Shown here one piece after another: positions 61,248 through 64,000 of a DNA stretch of 64,000 bases; the stretch's first letter is position 1; each line of letters opens with the position of its first letter. Made by a program: the position numbers and the translations under genes. The notes beneath the pieces were generated by a model. It did not search any database, was not told the DNA's origin, and saw nothing but the letters and a program-made list of their open reading frames with translations. Source of the DNA: an uncultured Myxococcales bacterium (lineage in GTDB: Bacteria > Myxococcota_A > Bradymonadia > UBA7976 > UBA1532); assembly GCA_903847385.1 (NCBI GenBank), contig CAINDO010000561.1, positions 10,328 to 74,327 of the forward strand, written 5' to 3'.

Positions 61248-62978
61248 GTGTTCCGCCGCTCCTCCGACGCCCCGCCCGACCCCGCCCCTCCGGCCGTCCC
61301 CGAGATCGTCAGCAAGATCCAGTGGCTGATGTTCTTCCGGGTGATCATGGTCACCGTCCTGCTCGGGTCGACCCTGATCGTCAACGTCAAGGACGCCGAC
61401 CTGCTGTCGGATCCCGGGACCCTGACCGTCCTCGGGCTCATCGTCGGCACCTACCTGCTGACGATCGCCTACGCGCTGTTGCTCCCGCGGCTGAAGCAGC
61501 ACCGGCCGTTCGCGTACGTGCAGCTCGTCGGCGACCTGCTGACGTCGTTCGTGCTGATCCTCCTCACGGGGGGCGTGGAGAGCGTCTTCACGTTCATGTT
61601 CGCGCTCACCGTGATGAACGGCGCGATCCTGCTGTTCCGGCGCGGCGCGATCACGATGGCGCTGCTCTCCGCGGTGCTCATCGGCCTGATCGTCGTCCGC
61701 GACTGGGCGCACATGCCGGGGGCCGGCGCGTCGCCGAGCGCCAGCCGCGGCCTCGTGTTGTGGGCGATGACCAACGTGAGCGCGGTGCTCCTCGTGGCGC
61801 TGCTGGCCGGGTATCTCAGCGACCAGCTCAGCTTCGCCGGGCAGCGCATCCAATCGCAGAGCGAGGACCTGGAGCAGCTGCGAACGCTCAACCAGCACAT
61901 CATCACGAGCCTGCAGTCGGGGCTCGTCAGCCACACGCTCGACGGCCGGGTCATCTTCTTCAACCAGGCGGCGGAGCGCATCACCGGCCTCCGGGCGGAC
62001 GACGTCCTCTACCAGGACGTGCGCACGATCTTTCCGCGTCTCGAGCCCGACGCCCCGCCCGGCGGGGCGGCGGCCACGGGGCTGAACCGCTGGGAGGAGA
62101 CCTTCGAGACCCCCGACGGACAGGTGCGCATCCTGGGCATGAGCCGCTCTCCCCTGCTGGACTCGGGCGGCGCGAGCCGTGGCGCCGTCGTCGTGTTCCA
62201 GGACCTCACCCCGATGCGGACGCTGGAGCAGCAGATTCGACGCAGCGAGAAGTTCGCCGCCATCGGCAAGATGGCCGCGGGCATCGCCCACGAGATCCGC
62301 AACCCGCTCGCCAGCATCAGCGGCAGCATCCAGATGCTCAAGCGGGGCGCCAACCTGGAGAAGACCGACAGCCGACTGATGGAGATCGTCCTGCGTGAGG
62401 TCGAGCGCCTCAACGCGTTGATCACGGACTTCCTCCGATTCGCCCGGCCGGCGCCGCCACAGCTCGAACGCACGCACCTCGGCGCCCTGCTGAACGAGGT
62501 GATCGAGGTCTTCCGCTACATGCAGAGTCAGGGTGAGGGCGGTCCGCGCTACGACGTCGACCTGATGGTCGGAGACTCGGTCATCGTTCAGGCCGATCCC
62601 CGGCAGCTCAAACAGGTCGTCTGGAACCTCTTGAACAACGCCGTGGACGCCATGCCGAGCGGCGGCCTGATCCAGATGCAGGCCGTCGTGACCGGGACGT
62701 CCGGCGCCGACGACGACGGCGTCGAGCTGCGGCTGTCGGACACGGGGATCGGCATCACCGCCGAGAACCTGTCGCGCGTGTTCGACCCGTTCTTCAGCAC
62801 CAAACCACGCGGGAGCGGCCTCGGCCTCGCGCTCGTCCACCGGATCGTGGAGGAGCACGGCGGCACAATCCACGTGGAGAGCGAGCCGGGCAAGGGCACC
62901 ACCATGATCATCCGTTTCCCGGCCCCGGCGAACGCTCCGGTCATCCGGCAGCCGTCGCCCTCGGAGATGCTCACATGA
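61248..62978 (+). CDS. pilS: sensor histidine kinase PilS-like (polytopic membrane domain, PAS, HisKA, HATPase_c)
   Basis: Six N-terminal TM helices, PAS-like region, H-box 'AAGIAHEIRNPLASI', N/G boxes 'NLLNNAVDAM...DTGIGI...GSGLGLALVHRIV'. GTG 61248. Confidence 0.85.
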   Translation: MFRRSSDAPPDPAPPAVPEIVSKIQWLMFFRVIMVTVLLGSTLIVNVKDADLLSDPGTLTVLGLIVGTYLLTIAYALLLPRLKQHRPFAYVQLVGDLLTSFVLILLTGGVESVFTFMFALTVMNGAILLFRRGAITMALLSAVLIGLIVVRDWAHMPGAGASPSASRGLVLWAMTNVSAVLLVALLAGYLSDQLSFAGQRIQSQSEDLEQLRTLNQHIITSLQSGLVSHTLDGRVIFFNQAAERITGLRADDVLYQDVRTIFPRLEPDAPPGGAAATGLNRWEETFETPDGQVRILGMSRSPLLDSGGASRGAVVVFQDLTPMRTLEQQIRRSEKFAAIGKMAAGIAHEIRNPLASISGSIQMLKRGANLEKTDSRLMEIVLREVERLNALITDFLRFARPAPPQLERTHLGALLNEVIEVFRYMQSQGEGGPRYDVDLMVGDSVIVQADPRQLKQVVWNLLNNAVDAMPSGGLIQMQAVVTGTSGADDDGVELRLSDTGIGITAENLSRVFDPFFSTKPRGSGLGLALVHRIVEEHGGTIHVESEPGKGTTMIIRFPAPANAPVIRQPSPSEMLT

Positions 62979-64000
62979 GTCGAATCCTCGTCGTCGACGA
63001 CGAACTCTCGCTGCGGGAGATGCTCGAAATCTTCCTGAGCCAGGAGGGCCACGAGGTCCTCACGGCGGCCGACGGCGCCAAGGCCATCGCGATCCTGACG
63101 GAGGAGGACAACATCGACCTCGTCATCACGGATCTGCGCATGCCCGGCGCCCACGGGATGGTGGTGCTGGACCGCTGCCGCGAGCTGCACCCCAACACGC
63201 CCGTGGTGGTCATGACCGCCTTCGCATCCCATCAGACCGCCACCGAGGCGATGAAGATGGGGGCGTACGACTACTTCTCCAAACCGTTCGAGCTCGACGA
63301 GATCAACCAGACGGTGGAGCGAGCGCTGGAGCGGCGGCGCCTCGTCGTCGAGAGCCGGCGCCTGAAGGAGACGCTCCAGTCGGAGAGCGCGCTGCGGGCC
63401 ATCGTGGGCAACAGCCGCGCGATCCAGCAGGTGTTCGACATCGTGCGTCGCGTGGCCAAGACGCGCACCAACGTCCTCGTGCTCGGCGAAAGTGGCACCG
63501 GCAAGGAGCTCATCGCCCGGGCGCTCCACGACCAGAGCGAGCGACGCGGCGGGCCCTTCGTGGTCATCAACTGCGGCGCCGTGCCCGAGAACCTGCTCGA
63601 GTCGGAGTTCTTCGGCCACAAGCGCGGCTCGTTCACCGGCGCCAACACGGACAAAGAGGGCCTCTTCAAGGCGGCCAACGGCGGCACGCTGTTCCTCGAC
63701 GAGGTCGGCGAGCTCCCTCTGAGCATGCAGGTCAAGCTGTTGCGGGTGCTGCAAGAGCGTCGGGTGAAGCCCGTCGGCGACCTCCGCGAGATCCCCATCG
63801 ACGTCCGCGTCATCTCCGCCACGAACCGGAACCTCGAGGCCGAGGTCAAGGCCGGGCGATTCCGCGAGGACCTCTACTACCGGCTGAACGTGATCAGCGT
63901 GCAGTTGCCCGCGCTCCGCGACCGACCGGGGGACATCCCGCTGCTCGCCTACCACTTCCTGCGGCAATACGCGGAAGAGCAGGGCAAACACATCGCGGAC
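62975..64000 (+). CDS. pilR: sigma54-dependent response regulator PilR (NtrC family), 3'-truncated by window end
   Basis: REC 'ILVVDDE...DLVITDLRMPG'. AAA+ sigma54-interaction domain 'VLVLGESGTGKELIARALH', 'GAFTGA'-type 'GSFTGA', 'ESELFGH'-like 'ESEFFGH'. ATGA overlap with the pilS stop. Not in the ORF track because no stop codon falls before the window end. Confidence 0.9.
   Translation, partial: MSRILVVDDELSLREMLEIFLSQEGHEVLTAADGAKAIAILTEEDNIDLVITDLRMPGAHGMVVLDRCRELHPNTPVVVMTAFASHQTATEAMKMGAYDYFSKPFELDEINQTVERALERRRLVVESRRLKETLQSESALRAIVGNSRAIQQVFDIVRRVAKTRTNVLVLGESGTGKELIARALHDQSERRGGPFVVINCGAVPENLLESEFFGHKRGSFTGANTDKEGLFKAANGGTLFLDEVGELPLSMQVKLLRVLQERRVKPVGDLREIPIDVRVISATNRNLEAEVKAGRFREDLYYRLNVISVQLPALRDRPGDIPLLAYHFLRQYAEEQGKHIAD

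Overview
This 64 kb window is ~70% GC and gene-dense on both strands, consistent with a high-GC deltaproteobacterium, most likely a myxobacterium (Myxococcota). No rRNA, tRNA, CRISPR array or insertion sequence was seen. The ORF track lists many long antisense or alternate-frame Arg/Gly/Pro-rich ORFs; I treated these as artefacts of GC content. Five blocks are recognisable. (1) 1-16.7 kb is a polysaccharide biosynthesis and export locus of the EPS/capsule/O-antigen type. It holds a HAMP sensor kinase, two Wzy_C (O-antigen ligase/polymerase-like) membrane proteins, one of them fused to a phosphoglycosyltransferase domain, a GT4 glycosyltransferase, AsnB, a methyltransferase, a Wzc-type PCP/BY-kinase, a nucleotide-sugar dehydrogenase, an NAD-dependent epimerase, and a short OPX (Wza-like) protein paired with a large outer-membrane beta-barrel. 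(2) 16.0-28.3 kb is one tightly packed minus-strand operon. Its products resemble, in order and domain content, the Myxococcus Glt/Nfs envelope-spanning complexes (GltC/D/E/F/G-like TPR proteins, an FHA-TonB_C protein and a beta-barrel). The same operon ends in the OPX gene. (3) 28.3-43.4 kb is a housekeeping block: obg-rpmA-rplU, mtnA, gatCAB, a UvrD-family helicase, glmS and glmU, plus two tandem zinc-ribbon + GYF-domain membrane proteins. (4) 43.5-51.2 kb carries ilvE, a Fic-like protein, small secreted proteins and lipoproteins, a BY-kinase-like ATPase with a degenerate P-loop, a UDP-sugar pyrophosphorylase, rlmE and a RadC-like protein. (5) 51.3-64.0 kb is a type IV pilus locus. It has a pilA-like pilin with a clear sigma54 promoter, a receiver-like ORF, an OM beta-barrel, ribF, aroE, pilB, pilT, a TMTC-like GT-C glycosyltransferase with TPR repeats inserted between pilT and pilC, then pilC, pilS and pilR (3' truncated by the window end). 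All functional calls rest on recognisable motifs in the translated ORFs and on remembered family features. No database search was run.
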